DNA from: a virus
Lineage: Duplodnaviria; Caudoviricetes
Strand: one strand, 5' to 3'
DNA: 64,000 nt
Virus record (IMG/VR): IMGVR_UViG_3300025005_000009
Coordinates: 1,515-65,514 of that record
Shown: piece after piece, positions 27,945-38,295 of the stretch
Layout: every line of letters begins with the position of its first letter
How positions within the stretch are numbered: the first letter of the stretch is position 1
The notes under the pieces: generated by a model
What the model was told of the DNA's origin: nothing
What the model saw: only the letters and a program-made list of their open reading frames with translations
Database searches by the model: none
Position numbers and translations under genes: made by a program

Positions 27945-29488
27945 TAACCACATCAGAATCCATGAACACGGCGATTGACTCAGCTGTGCAGAGACCGCTG
28001 TACAAGCTACTCAGCTACGATGTCTCGCAAGCCACAGGGGAGACGTGGGGGTCCATCATCGATGGCACAGCCACACAGATCCCGGTTGATCTCACCGAGT
28101 TTGTCGATCAGATCTTGTGGAGTTATAGCCGTCTCACCATTACCCTCGCAGATGATAGCTTGCGGTTTCACCCGGATACCGGGGATCTTCGATGCATCAT
28201 AGGACCCAATAGAGGTATCAGGCTTCTTGAAGGTGCAGAGTCTGTACCAGAAGATCAATGGATTCCCATTTTCTCCGGGCCAATACAAGGTCCATATGCG
28301 TGGAGCATTTCGCGTGGAAACGTGCCTACGGCTGTTGTGAATGTGTTCACACGAGATACCGATCAGGCGTGGAATCGTAGATCCATTACCTCGAAAGAAT
28401 TTACGGTCGGTGCGGATTGGGCGAATATGTTCTTCAATTTGTCTCAAGATATTATGGGACTGGAGGATAGTGAAGTCAATGTCCCCGCAACGTGGAATGT
28501 GGCCTTCGATAAGAATTCCAATCAGATTGTCAACATCTCCCCATGGGAAGCGATGACGAGTTTGTCACAAGGAAATTTTCTCAGGCTTTGGTTCAACGGA
28601 AAAGGACAACTGTCAAGCTACCCGATTACCTTGGACCGAATCACGAAACGACTGACGGACAATACCTGTATCAATAATTATGCTCAACCCGGAAACAACA
28701 CAGAGGTCATTAATAAGGTGGTCGTCACCTACTTGGATAACCAATTGACGAAAGTCGTGGGAGCGAAACAATCTCTCGGGACCGCGAACATCACAACCGG
28801 GTTCTTTGATTTCGAAACCAAGTTGGATGTATTCTTTTCAGAAGATAAGAAACAACGAGCAGAGGGTGTCCAACTGGTTGTGAAGCAGTCGATTAATCAA
28901 AATGATCTTGGAATCTCAATTGGATCTGAGAGATTGGATATTGACGATGAGTTTGGTGGGAAGTTGGTCGTCACGGTTGATGCATGGGTATCAGCGTTAG
29001 CAACAGCTGGAATCGCTGCGATATTGTCCTCTGCAGCCGTCCCTGATGGAGTGGGCATCTCTACAACCATTCCTGTGGGGCGAATCGCAGAAGCCGCAGG
29101 CATTGTCGCCGTGCTCTTGGCCATGATGATACTTGGAACCGGTGTGTATGAAATTGTGGGATTCCCTGTCGACTATGCATTCCTGGAAAAGCAAGCGATT
29201 GCGATGTTGGACAATCTTCCGTTTTGGGAAGAGAAGCAAAAGGAAATACGAAATGATTTTATTTCAACAGAAGACCACGCCAACCAATTGGCCGTTAATG
29301 AATTGTTATATGAACAATCACTTGGCAAACCTCGGACGTTGGTGCTACAGAATGACCCTCGCATTGAGAAAGGCGATGTCATAGAACTCCCTACTGGCGC
29401 GAAATTCTTTGTCCTGGAAGCCTCCAAGACGATTACGCGTGGAGGGACGTCACAACTTAACCTAGCCGGATTTAAAAGCGTGGTATAA
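27941..29488 (+). CDS. baseplate hub / Tal-like protein
   Basis: 515 aa; INKVVVTY and C-terminal 'NDPRIEKGDVIEL' hub signature. Confidence 0.65.
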   Translation: MITTSESMNTAIDSAVQRPLYKLLSYDVSQATGETWGSIIDGTATQIPVDLTEFVDQILWSYSRLTITLADDSLRFHPDTGDLRCIIGPNRGIRLLEGAESVPEDQWIPIFSGPIQGPYAWSISRGNVPTAVVNVFTRDTDQAWNRRSITSKEFTVGADWANMFFNLSQDIMGLEDSEVNVPATWNVAFDKNSNQIVNISPWEAMTSLSQGNFLRLWFNGKGQLSSYPITLDRITKRLTDNTCINNYAQPGNNTEVINKVVVTYLDNQLTKVVGAKQSLGTANITTGFFDFETKLDVFFSEDKKQRAEGVQLVVKQSINQNDLGISIGSERLDIDDEFGGKLVVTVDAWVSALATAGIAAILSSAAVPDGVGISTTIPVGRIAEAAGIVAVLLAMMILGTGVYEIVGFPVDYAFLEKQAIAMLDNLPFWEEKQKEIRNDFISTEDHANQLAVNELLYEQSLGKPRTLVLQNDPRIEKGDVIELPTGAKFFVLEASKTITRGGTSQLNLAGFKSVV

Positions 29489-29491
29489 CCG

Positions 29492-30022
29492 ATGAGTCTA
29501 TTAAATGTCATTCGAGTACAGATGGATCGCTTCAACACTGAAGAGATTGGCATCGTCGCGAGCACCGTGTATCAGCGGTACGATAATGGTCTCGATGCGT
29601 TTATTTGGGTGGTTGATGTCGAACTCGAAACCGCATCAAGCAACCCGAACGCGGCAGGGCTTGAGACATTAAAAGCGGTCCCGATTGATGATCCCTCTCG
29701 TGCAGTGTTTAGCGCAGATATCGGAACACAAGTGAAACTCTCACGCAGGCCTCAAGATAATCGATATGTGGTCACCGGTCTTGCGAAGTACGCACCAGGA
29801 ACCATCTCTATCTCATTGGTGACACTCTCTGGATGCAATGACGGGATCACCAGCATCGGTGTACCGGTTGTGTTTGGCTCATCGATTCGACTCCTGACCT
29901 ACGATGAAATTGGGGATCCACTTCTGAATGGTGGATTCGTGTACGGGCAATTGCCGTACGGGACAGCAGGGAAGTTTGACAACAGTGACAATCTCATAAA
30001 ACTTTTACCACCTACGACATAA
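29492..30022 (+). CDS. baseplate/tail tip protein
   Basis: OB-fold-like N-terminus; position after hub. Confidence 0.45.
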   Translation: MSLLNVIRVQMDRFNTEEIGIVASTVYQRYDNGLDAFIWVVDVELETASSNPNAAGLETLKAVPIDDPSRAVFSADIGTQVKLSRRPQDNRYVVTGLAKYAPGTISISLVTLSGCNDGITSIGVPVVFGSSIRLLTYDEIGDPLLNGGFVYGQLPYGTAGKFDNSDNLIKLLPPTT

Positions 30023-30034
30023 GGTACATCATTC

Positions 30035-31897
30035 ATGGCTATTACACTGACGAAGATATTTGCAGGGATCAGCGATTACGTGTCAAAGCACGAGTCGAAC
30101 TATACGGCAATTGAAACGGCCATCAATGATCTCTTATTGACCGCAGGCAGTGCAGGAGCCTCGCTGAGTGTTCCAACTGGTCTGAGGGAAATTTTTGACA
30201 GGAACGGTGTGATTGGCATAGGATCATATCGGCTCATTGATCAAACGGTAGTCGGTGACTCGTTGACGATACCTGCTGGAGCGGCATGGATCGATCTCTC
30301 GTTCAGAACGAAAGCGGATGCCACGATACTCAATACCTCGTCTCTGACAACCGGAACACGATACATTGATATCGACTCTGCAGGGATTCCAAGTTTATCT
30401 AACAGCCAGACAACGAATTCGATTTATAGCTTCTCATGGGACTCTGGAACCGCTGTTATATCTAATACCACGTTACTTGTTGACATATTATTTGATGGTG
30501 ATGACTACCAAGATATTCTGGATTCAAATGCTCTCAGTCTGTCATTTACGTCTGCAGCGGATCGCTTTGAAAATCTCGAAAGCCAATTGGGTCCATTAGG
30601 TGGATATTATGCCCAGGACACAATAACAACCTCGGGATTGACTTTTGGGTTTCAAGCCGGTGTGGTACGTAACGACAATGTTGTGGTAGATACTGCCGCT
30701 GGGACTATCACTCTCGTAGATAATGCAACAAATTATGTTGAAGTCAATCCGAATACCGGAGTGGTCTCAACGAACACGACAGGCTTTACTACACTGCTAG
30801 TTCCACTGTTCGTGGTGACGACGGTATCAGGAGCGATCACCGATGTTGATGATCGACGGACATGGGCAGCTCTAGCCGGAGCCGGGGGAGGCGGACACTC
30901 GCAGAACACCGATGTTGGCACGAGTTCAGATGTGTTCACACTGAATCGTCTCGAAGCAGGGACACCATCTTTGAATGCCACCTTCGCCGTTGAACGGGGA
31001 ACCAGTCCCAACGTTGGCATTCGGTGGAATGAAGCCACCGATACCTGGGAGCAAACGACGGACGGGACCGTCTGGACGCCACTCGGTGCGCCGGATCTTG
31101 GTCAACAAGAAATTACGAAGACAACGATGTTCGAAGATCCTCCGGCTGTTGTCTCAATATCTGGCATGTCCAGTGACGTTAATTACGTTCAAGTTGATCT
31201 GACGAGTGACCCCAACTTCTCTGGAATCCTGAGTGGTCTACAGGGGATGCTACTGAGAGTCCAATTGGATGACTCAAGCCCCGATGCCAATACGCAGATC
31301 CTGATCAGAAAGATTGAAAACTTCCAGGCTGCGCCGACAGAATCCATGCGCGTCTACGCACGAGATACATCTCTATACAAGCATGATGAGGGAACCGTTC
31401 TCGTGACACCGGGCGAAGGCCGGACCATGGCAAATGAACTGAAGATTGGATTCGAATATAAGGTCACGGCATCGGGTCCGGGAACAGCCAATTTGAAAAT
31501 TTTTGTGCTTGGATATTGGGAGAAAGTCACCGGAGTCGGGACACAGGATATCGTGTTTCAGTCCGCAGGAAACTCAGCAGCGGTCTCGACCACGACGCAA
31601 TTTAACACGGTGGGATTCGCCAATCGAGCCCTCGCCCATAAGATCACGATTAATGAGACCAGCGGAAACCCCAGTGCCTTTTATCATGTGAAACTCTATA
31701 AGCACGATACGTTCCTCGAAGCGGATCTCTTGTACCATGTTCAGAACATCGTCCCTGGAACTCCGTTCGTGGATTACTTACCGGTGTGGTTATCTGATGG
31801 AGACCTGACCGCAGAACTCCATATGGCTGTCACAAATGACGACGGTGGAAATGAGGCGGTTGTATCAATCACCATAGAATCAGAGAGGTTCGCCTAA
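30035..31897 (+). CDS. tail fibre / baseplate protein
   Basis: 620 aa, Thr/Ser/Gly-rich; 'VERGTSPNVGIRWNEATDTWE' fibre motif. Confidence 0.7.
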   Translation: MAITLTKIFAGISDYVSKHESNYTAIETAINDLLLTAGSAGASLSVPTGLREIFDRNGVIGIGSYRLIDQTVVGDSLTIPAGAAWIDLSFRTKADATILNTSSLTTGTRYIDIDSAGIPSLSNSQTTNSIYSFSWDSGTAVISNTTLLVDILFDGDDYQDILDSNALSLSFTSAADRFENLESQLGPLGGYYAQDTITTSGLTFGFQAGVVRNDNVVVDTAAGTITLVDNATNYVEVNPNTGVVSTNTTGFTTLLVPLFVVTTVSGAITDVDDRRTWAALAGAGGGGHSQNTDVGTSSDVFTLNRLEAGTPSLNATFAVERGTSPNVGIRWNEATDTWEQTTDGTVWTPLGAPDLGQQEITKTTMFEDPPAVVSISGMSSDVNYVQVDLTSDPNFSGILSGLQGMLLRVQLDDSSPDANTQILIRKIENFQAAPTESMRVYARDTSLYKHDEGTVLVTPGEGRTMANELKIGFEYKVTASGPGTANLKIFVLGYWEKVTGVGTQDIVFQSAGNSAAVSTTTQFNTVGFANRALAHKITINETSGNPSAFYHVKLYKHDTFLEADLLYHVQNIVPGTPFVDYLPVWLSDGDLTAELHMAVTNDDGGNEAVVSITIESERFA

Positions 31898-31900
31898 ATC

Positions 31901-32932
31901 ATGTTGATCTATATTGATGGGTTCGACACCTATAACACAGCAGATATTGGACAGAGGCTGGTGATCAGCGCAGGGACGCCAACGATTGTCACGACAAGCC
32001 CAAGGACAGGGGCACAAGTCATACAGGATGGAAATCCAGGCTTTACGGGTTGGGGTCGAGTTGTGCCATCGAATGGGACTTATATTCATGGTAGGGCGAT
32101 ATTCCGTACAGCCGGAAACCCTGGAATAGCAGAATTCAGAGAAGGCACCACGACACATGTTCGGGTCGTGTTCAACTCTGCGTCAAGTGAGTTGAAGGTC
32201 TATCGAGGGCCGTCGACCACACTACTCGGTTCTGTGGTCATCTCATTTCCTACGAGTACGTGGACCTATTTCGAAACGAAATGCACGGTGCACGATTCAA
32301 CTGGAGTCGTCGAAGTCCGCCTGAATGGATCAACAACACCTGTAATTAATCTGACAGGTCAAGACACCCGTAATGGGAGAACAGGGATTATTGATAACAT
32401 TAGGCACGTCAGTATATCAGGAGTATCTATTCACCGGGAGGATGATTGGTATATCTGCGATACGACAGGCACCGTCAATAATGATTTCTTAGGTGATGTA
32501 CGAGTGAATACCCTGGTCCCCAATGGCGATGGAGCCCTCACGCAACTCGCCACGACATTTCCGGCAACACCGACCACGCATTTTGATAAAGTTGATGATA
32601 TCTTGCATGATGGAGATGCCACCTATAATGAAGGATCGGTCGATAACGCTATTGATCTCTTTACCCTTGACGATCTTCCCGTTTTTGGAGCGCCAACAAC
32701 CATTCATGGAATTCAAACACAAATTGTAGCCAAGAAACTTGATGCGGGCGCGAAATCCTTACAAGAACGGTTCAGGGTGGACACAACAGATTTTACTGGG
32801 GCTTCTCAGGCACTTTCAACCTCATATGCGGCACTGTTACAGACCAGAGAAGTCAATCCAGTGACTGGAGTCAAATTTACGGAAAGTGACATCAATACGG
32901 CTATTCAAGTGGGCTATGAGGTGCTTCCATGA
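31901..32932 (+). CDS. virion protein, concanavalin/LamG-like
   Basis: 'IDGFDTY' start, 'WTYFETKCTVHDSTGVVEVRLNG', 'DDWYICDTTG..NNDFLGD'. Confidence 0.6.
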   Translation: MLIYIDGFDTYNTADIGQRLVISAGTPTIVTTSPRTGAQVIQDGNPGFTGWGRVVPSNGTYIHGRAIFRTAGNPGIAEFREGTTTHVRVVFNSASSELKVYRGPSTTLLGSVVISFPTSTWTYFETKCTVHDSTGVVEVRLNGSTTPVINLTGQDTRNGRTGIIDNIRHVSISGVSIHREDDWYICDTTGTVNNDFLGDVRVNTLVPNGDGALTQLATTFPATPTTHFDKVDDILHDGDATYNEGSVDNAIDLFTLDDLPVFGAPTTIHGIQTQIVAKKLDAGAKSLQERFRVDTTDFTGASQALSTSYAALLQTREVNPVTGVKFTESDINTAIQVGYEVLP

Positions 32933-33174
32933 CCATCGCCCGCGTGACACAGGAGGTTACAGAAGTCTTGGGGCAAGGGCAAGTGATTCCTGCCCGAGTG
33001 ACCCATGTTTCGACAGAAGTCCTGGGACAAGGGCAAGTAATTCCTGCGCGGGTGACGCAGGTGGCCATGGAAGTGCTCAGTGGAAATGCCCTCTTAGGCG
33101 TGCGGATATTTCCAACGATCTCTTCACAACGAGTCACGAGTCTGGGTTCAGGACAACGGATATTTCCCTTATAA
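32929..33174 (+). CDS. small virion protein with 18-aa repeats
   Basis: ARVTxxxxEVLGQGQVIP repeated about 2.7 times. Confidence 0.6.
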   Translation: MTIARVTQEVTEVLGQGQVIPARVTHVSTEVLGQGQVIPARVTQVAMEVLSGNALLGVRIFPTISSQRVTSLGSGQRIFPL

Positions 33175-33189
33175 ACAGAAAGATCTATC

Positions 33190-34401
33190 ATGCCACAACA
33201 ATTATTTACCAATCAAGCATCAACGCTCCTGGCTATAGATATCTTGGCTGCCGATGTTTCATTAACCGTGGCAGCGGGTGAAGGGGTTAAATTTCCCAAT
33301 CCCTCAGGCGGTGATTGGTTCAATGTGAATATTCAATCTGGACTGAATTATGAAATCGTGAAAGTTACGGCTCGGTCTGGTGATGTCTTCACGATTGTCA
33401 GAGCGCAAGACGGCACCCTCGCGCAAGATTGGTCTGCAGGGGCCACGATTGAGCTGAGACTACATGCCGAATGGCTCGGGAAAGTGCACACCACGGACAG
33501 TCTTCCCACCGCCACGATTGGGGATGTGGTTGGGCCAGCGTCAGCAGTAGATACCAATATTGCCGTCTATGATTTGGCCAGTGGCAAACTTATTAAAGAC
33601 GGTGGACAGACCATCCCGCAAGTCATCGCAGCAGGCGCAGCCGCAGCCCCTCAAGGGGATGTGGTTGGGCCAGCGTCAGCAGTAGATACCAATATTGCCG
33701 TCTATGATTTGGCCAGTGGCAAACTTATTAAAGACGGTGGACAGACCATCCCGCAAGTCATCGCCGCAGGAGCAGCCGCAGCCCCTCAAGGGGATGTGGT
33801 CGGACCAGCGTCAGCCACTGATGGCCGAGTCGTGGCCTTCGATGGGACAACAGGGAAATTGATTAAGCAAGACACGAGACTTGCCGCAGATCTCATTGCA
33901 GGACCGGCCTCGGTCACTGATGAGCATATTCCTCTATTCGATGGGACAACTGGGAAACTCTTGAAGTCAGCCGGAGTCCTGCTTTCCTCTAAAGCGGGAG
34001 TGGTTCGAGGGACATATGAAGTTGTTTTGTCATTTGGAGGAGGATCGACCGGGATTGTCTATGTGGCCAGGACGTTACGGTACACACGGATTGACGATCT
34101 GGTGTTCATCGCCGGGAAGTTTCAGATTAGTGATAGCGGAACGTCAACAGGGAATATGAGAATGACTTTACCGTTTACATCTCATGCCACTGATGTTTCA
34201 AATGGAGGTCTCATCATTGGAGGCGCGTTTGGAATGGCAGGATTGACTTCCCCTCCAACTTCATTGACACAATCCAATTCAAATATCACGGAGTTTTTAG
34301 ATTGGGGAGCAACAGGGCATGCAGCTTTGACAGATGCCAATATTACCGATACATTCCAGTGTTGGTTATCTGGTTGGTACAGGGCAGCAACGTCAGTATA
34401 A
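33190..34401 (+). CDS. tail fibre protein
   Basis: N-terminal 'GVKFP...EIVKVTARSGDVFTIVRAQDGT' anchor; GDVVGPASA..DG.TGKLIK repeats; C-terminal receptor-binding-like domain. Confidence 0.8.
   Translation: MPQQLFTNQASTLLAIDILAADVSLTVAAGEGVKFPNPSGGDWFNVNIQSGLNYEIVKVTARSGDVFTIVRAQDGTLAQDWSAGATIELRLHAEWLGKVHTTDSLPTATIGDVVGPASAVDTNIAVYDLASGKLIKDGGQTIPQVIAAGAAAAPQGDVVGPASAVDTNIAVYDLASGKLIKDGGQTIPQVIAAGAAAAPQGDVVGPASATDGRVVAFDGTTGKLIKQDTRLAADLIAGPASVTDEHIPLFDGTTGKLLKSAGVLLSSKAGVVRGTYEVVLSFGGGSTGIVYVARTLRYTRIDDLVFIAGKFQISDSGTSTGNMRMTLPFTSHATDVSNGGLIIGGAFGMAGLTSPPTSLTQSNSNITEFLDWGATGHAALTDANITDTFQCWLSGWYRAATSV
33520..33815 (+). repeat. 135-nt near-identical tandem duplication in tail fibre
   Basis: Units start at 33520 and 33655 and encode the same 45 aa; partial third unit from 33790. 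Confidence 0.9.
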
Positions 34402-34412
34402 AGGAATCAATC

Positions 34413-34733
34413 ATGGTCAATGCACGAAAATTACGAAACGATACGACAGTGGTTGTTGATGAAAGAGGGGAGAAGTATACTGTCCTCTCAGAGAGGGAAG
34501 GTCTCGTGTGGGCTAGACACACTGAAGATGGGACCTACCACACGTTCAATCAAGTACAGCTTGATGATATGAGTGTCGAAGATACTCGTCAAGATGTCAC
34601 TGAGCAGTGCAATCATGTGTTTGAAAATGGGCAGTGGGTTTTGTATCATGGGATGCAAAGAGTCGGCGATGTGGCTGCGGACTATCAAGTCGCAGGCATG
34701 AAGGTGTTTCAGATGCCAACAAAGGAAGCGTAA
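34413..34733 (+). CDS. hypothetical protein
   Basis: Start reassigned to ATG 34413 after AAGGA SD. Confidence 0.5.
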   Translation: MVNARKLRNDTTVVVDERGEKYTVLSEREGLVWARHTEDGTYHTFNQVQLDDMSVEDTRQDVTEQCNHVFENGQWVLYHGMQRVGDVAADYQVAGMKVFQMPTKEA

Positions 34734-34829
34734 ATCAGTATATTTATCTCTCACCCCCACCTGTAAGACCGCAGCCAGCGATCCCCCTCGCTGTCTGTGG
34801 CATGGTGTATCCGATTGAGGAATACGTGA

Positions 34830-35138
34830 ATGGACAATAACGGTACCAACAGAGAAGTTGTGAAGGCGATCCATGAATTAGAAATCGCCCTGCTTGGTAG
34901 GATTCATCTGCATACTACAGCCCTTGAGTTAAATAGTCAGAGGCTGAAAGACTTGATGAAAAAAGTTGAGGATCAGCATATCGCGGTCTTCGGCTCTCAT
35001 GCTGATGGTCGAGCGGGTCTGCTGCAGAGAATGGATACGCTTGAGGGCACGGAGGCAGAAAGGAAGTGGACTGTCCGTACAGTCTCAGCTTCCTTCCTGG
35101 GGTTGGTGGGAAAATTTATGTGGGATATGTGGCAGTAA
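34830..35138 (+). CDS. holin-like / XhlA-like membrane protein
   Basis: Coiled-coil with C-terminal hydrophobic segment; last gene of structural arm. Confidence 0.5.
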   Translation: MDNNGTNREVVKAIHELEIALLGRIHLHTTALELNSQRLKDLMKKVEDQHIAVFGSHADGRAGLLQRMDTLEGTEAERKWTVRTVSASFLGLVGKFMWDMWQ

Positions 35139-35151
35139 AGAGCTGAAGTGA

Positions 35152-35553
35152 TTAGTGCCGCCAGCCAGTTAAAGGATGTTTGAGGACCGCTCTGGCATCT
35201 GAGATTTTCTGGTCCTCATACTTCTTCCTGAGCGTGTTGTATGCGTCACGTTGCTGCTGGAACAGCCCTTCCAACTCATTCTTCTCCCGATTGAGTTTTG
35301 CATGGCTCACTTCCAACCGATGATAGCAATCTGCTAACGAGTCTACAAGACCTTTCAAGTATTTTGCTTTTCGTTCAAGTTCGTCAATCTCGTCCTGCCC
35401 GGACACAAGTACGTAATGAATACTACTGAGTTTCGCATGCTCCAACTCACCAACTAAGTCCGCAATACGGTGATCTTTTTCCTTCATGACATCCATGAAT
35501 CTACGTAGATCTTCGTAGCCAATCCTCAGGTTGTCTGGATCAATACCTTTCAT
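35152..35553 (-). CDS. coiled-coil hypothetical protein
   Basis: 133-aa ORF, end of leftward arm. Confidence 0.6.
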   Translation of the reverse strand: MKGIDPDNLRIGYEDLRRFMDVMKEKDHRIADLVGELEHAKLSSIHYVLVSGQDEIDELERKAKYLKGLVDSLADCYHRLEVSHAKLNREKNELEGLFQQQRDAYNTLRKKYEDQKISDARAVLKHPLTGWRH

Positions 35554-36098
35554 CGTTTACCCCTCTTTTTAGTTATTGCCGACGATTTCGAACGCTTTGG
35601 CCTATTAGGGCCGAGGTCGGTCCTTTCCGTAGTAAGGCTCTCCCAAAGATCTAAAGGACATCCTATGGGCATCCTCGACCTCTTTTTCCTCTGAATTTTA
35701 AGCTGGCTGATACTCCACTTCGTTTCTGGCCCAATCACAGCTCTCCAACCTCCAAAAATGATTTCGTCCTTCTTAAGCACTTCCCATTCATATTGCGGCC
35801 ACCGATCAGTCCATTTTTGTTTGTCAAGAGCCAGGCCGATACCAAGTTCAGGGACCGGGTTGTGGTGTGAACTTCCGAGATACGATTCCACCATCATCGC
35901 AGCATCATCCCATTGCTCCTCAGCTAAACGCTCTGCGACAAACTTCAACGTCGGCGCATCCTTAGGAATGATGATATGCTTCTCTAATAATTCACGTACA
36001 GGATGAGAAAGAAGGAGTCCACGTTCGGTTACAGGTCCTTCCCATACACAGACGGTTCCTTTTTCTTTTTGGTACACCCGATAGATATACAGTTTCAT
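35550..36098 (-). CDS. hypothetical protein
   Basis: 182-aa ORF, ATGA coupling. Confidence 0.6.
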   Translation of the reverse strand: MKLYIYRVYQKEKGTVCVWEGPVTERGLLLSHPVRELLEKHIIIPKDAPTLKFVAERLAEEQWDDAAMMVESYLGSSHHNPVPELGIGLALDKQKWTDRWPQYEWEVLKKDEIIFGGWRAVIGPETKWSISQLKIQRKKRSRMPIGCPLDLWESLTTERTDLGPNRPKRSKSSAITKKRGKR

Positions 36099-36101
36099 GA
36101 C

Positions 36102-36968
36102 TCACTCCGGCAGTGGTATCTGTGTATAGGGCTTCTTCGGATTCGGATACTTGTCGGAGATGCTCGCTGCACCTTCGTTCGCTTGCTGCATCCAATCCGG
36201 GTTAATGACTTTAATCGGTCGATCATCCGTGAACTTCCCATTGATCATCGCATCCCTCAGCACGAACAAACTCGAAATCGCTTTCGTGATATGTGAGAGT
36301 CCAGAATCTGGATCCATATCCTCGCCTTCCCACCAGCTCATCAGATGCCTCATCGTGGCATCGTAGTAAATCGAGAAAGCCACTCCGGCGTCACGATAAT
36401 TATGTCGACCATACTTGCACCCGCCTTCCATGAGACCGAGTGCGACTTCCATCAGAACCGCACACGAGAGCACACTGAGAGGCACCTTCCGCACTCCGAC
36501 AAGATCTTTTGGATTCGTCGGTTTCCTGTTCTCCCAATACCCCATCGGATTCTCCGATCGTGCTGGAGATGAAAAGACGCGGTTGGAAACGTCGATATAC
36601 TCCGTGTTGTCGTGTGTCACGTCAATCTTAGCGTGAGGGGCCTTAGGCATCTTCGACCAGCCCATTAGACTGTATTTATTCCACACCTTAATCTCACCAT
36701 CGCTGCCAAGCTTTCCTTTGTACTCTGCCACAACAGTATTTCCACGTATCATCAAGATTTCCCACGGAGCGCCTGTCGATTTACCATGTAGAATATCCCC
36801 AGGCTGTAAGCTATCAAAGAATGCATTGTGGCGATCATACGCATCGTCCTTACTTCCCGGATCTGGCATCTTGTCAAATTCTTTGTCCAATTTCTCCTGC
36901 CTTTCTTTGTACTGCCGTGAGTGATGTTCCCACGCTTCCTTCAATTCCTCTTCACTCCAATTTGACAT
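36102..36968 (-). CDS. dATP/dGTP diphosphohydrolase domain protein (DUF5664-like) with N-terminal extension
   Basis: NPKDLVGVRKVPL, GGCKYGRHNYR, YDATMRHLMSWWEGEDMDPDSGLSH. Confidence 0.8.
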   Translation of the reverse strand: MSNWSEEELKEAWEHHSRQYKERQEKLDKEFDKMPDPGSKDDAYDRHNAFFDSLQPGDILHGKSTGAPWEILMIRGNTVVAEYKGKLGSDGEIKVWNKYSLMGWSKMPKAPHAKIDVTHDNTEYIDVSNRVFSSPARSENPMGYWENRKPTNPKDLVGVRKVPLSVLSCAVLMEVALGLMEGGCKYGRHNYRDAGVAFSIYYDATMRHLMSWWEGEDMDPDSGLSHITKAISSLFVLRDAMINGKFTDDRPIKVINPDWMQQANEGAASISDKYPNPKKPYTQIPLPE

Positions 36969-36985
36969 ACGCTTCTGTCTCCTTG

Positions 36986-37351
36986 TTAGAACCGATCATT
37001 CTTTGCCAAGTCATAGACCTCAAGAGCGGTGATGATTCCTCGCCAGTTGGCAATTTCCCTGCTGACTTGCGGTGTCTCATGTCTCGGATGGCCGAGGAAC
37101 ATAATCTTTTGAAAGGACTCCACTCCTTGGTAAGACAGCCCAGTTGCGGCTGATGCCGCCTGAACATATCCCGGCACATTACTCGCCCTCTGCAGGATCA
37201 GAGCATCAAGTACACTTGGCCTCGTATTGATCTTCGTGACCCACATCCCATTGTAGGGCTCCATGTCAACCCATCGAATGTTGATGGCCGGAGACATCTC
37301 TGCCTGCCAATCTTTCGCGATCATATAGATTTCTTCTGAAGAGATGGTCAT
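36986..37351 (-). CDS. hypothetical protein
   Basis: 121-aa ORF with AGGAGG SD. Confidence 0.55.
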   Translation of the reverse strand: MTISSEEIYMIAKDWQAEMSPAINIRWVDMEPYNGMWVTKINTRPSVLDALILQRASNVPGYVQAASAATGLSYQGVESFQKIMFLGHPRHETPQVSREIANWRGIITALEVYDLAKNDRF

Positions 37352-37457
37352 GCTTCCTCCTGTTCCAAGACTTCAAGCAAGGTGGTCAACACTGCTGCTC
37401 CGTGTGGTGGTGTCCCTTCAGGGTATGCTACACCACAGTAAACACATGTTAAAGTGC

Positions 37458-37697
37458 TCATGCGATCCTCCTTTTTCGACGCACTGTCCGCCAGTTGCCA
37501 ATCTCCATCCTCCAACTACAATTGACACACTTCGCATACCGAAGCCAGACCCCTTCCACTTCTCCCACGTCACAGAACACGTCTTCCTGCATCAGGAACC
37601 CCTTTGAGGTTTCGTTGCTGCAGCGTGGACAGTGTGAGACTTCTGTCTTCGTGACTGATCCGAATTTCCGGTTCAAGTTCTCAGTAAATTCTCCCAT
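37458..37697 (-). CDS. zinc-ribbon protein
   Basis: CPRC...CVNC. Confidence 0.55.
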   Translation of the reverse strand: MGEFTENLNRKFGSVTKTEVSHCPRCSNETSKGFLMQEDVFCDVGEVEGVWLRYAKCVNCSWRMEIGNWRTVRRKRRIA

Positions 37698-38113
37698 GTC
37701 ACCCGATCCTCTCGTATATCAACCGCGTAAATATATCCGTCGTAGTCCGCCATACTGTAGAGTGCTGATCCGCCTTTTGTTCCCACCAAGACAAAGTTCG
37801 CCGCTCCGATCTCTGCCCACTTCAGCAAATACTCCTGCTGAGAATCTTTCAGTGGGATCTTCCGTTTGCTCTTCACCACACAAGACAGATACTTGACCTC
37901 AACCGGGAAGACCACTGGAAGTCCACCGGTTGGAATCCCTACTGTCAAGTCTGCGATACCATGATTGAACCGGTCAGAGTGTTTCGTCATCATGACCTTC
38001 GGGTAGTGTCGTTTCGCGTATTCCCGAAATCGATTCGTATAGCGTGTCTCCGGGTTCATGATCACGCCACCGACTCGATAAATCGTTTCATTCGATCCCA
38101 CATAAAAGACCAC
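37673..38113 (-). CDS. VRR-NUC / resolvase-like nuclease
   Basis: 'GIADL..' and 'VEVK' PD-(D/E)XK-type motifs, 'SQQEYL'. Confidence 0.65.
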   Translation of the reverse strand: MVFYVGSNETIYRVGGVIMNPETRYTNRFREYAKRHYPKVMMTKHSDRFNHGIADLTVGIPTGGLPVVFPVEVKYLSCVVKSKRKIPLKDSQQEYLLKWAEIGAANFVLVGTKGGSALYSMADYDGYIYAVDIREDRVTWENLLRT

Positions 38114-38295
38114 ACCGACTGAGACCTCATCTGTTCGACCTCTCTATCTAGATCTTCAATAATCTTATTGGCCTCTATCAATAGCGCTTTATACTTCACC
38201 CTCAACGGTTTATTCTTCTCTCGTTCTTCCACATAGTTGTCCGCAGAAAAATCATTCATTCCGCTCATACATCCCCCTTTTTTGTGTGATACCAA
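38062..38295 (-). CDS. hypothetical coiled-coil protein
   Basis: 77-aa ORF. Confidence 0.45.
   Translation of the reverse strand: MVSHKKGGCMSGMNDFSADNYVEEREKNKPLRVKYKALLIEANKIIEDLDREVEQMRSQSVWSFMWDRMKRFIESVA

Noticed and set aside
33520-33815. DGR template/variable repeat or CRISPR array
   Set aside because: In-frame tandem coding duplication, no adenine-specific variation, no reverse transcriptase, no spacers.
36102-36968. Z-genome (2-aminoadenine) pathway
   Set aside because: No PurZ homologue seen in the window; the diphosphohydrolase alone is insufficient evidence.
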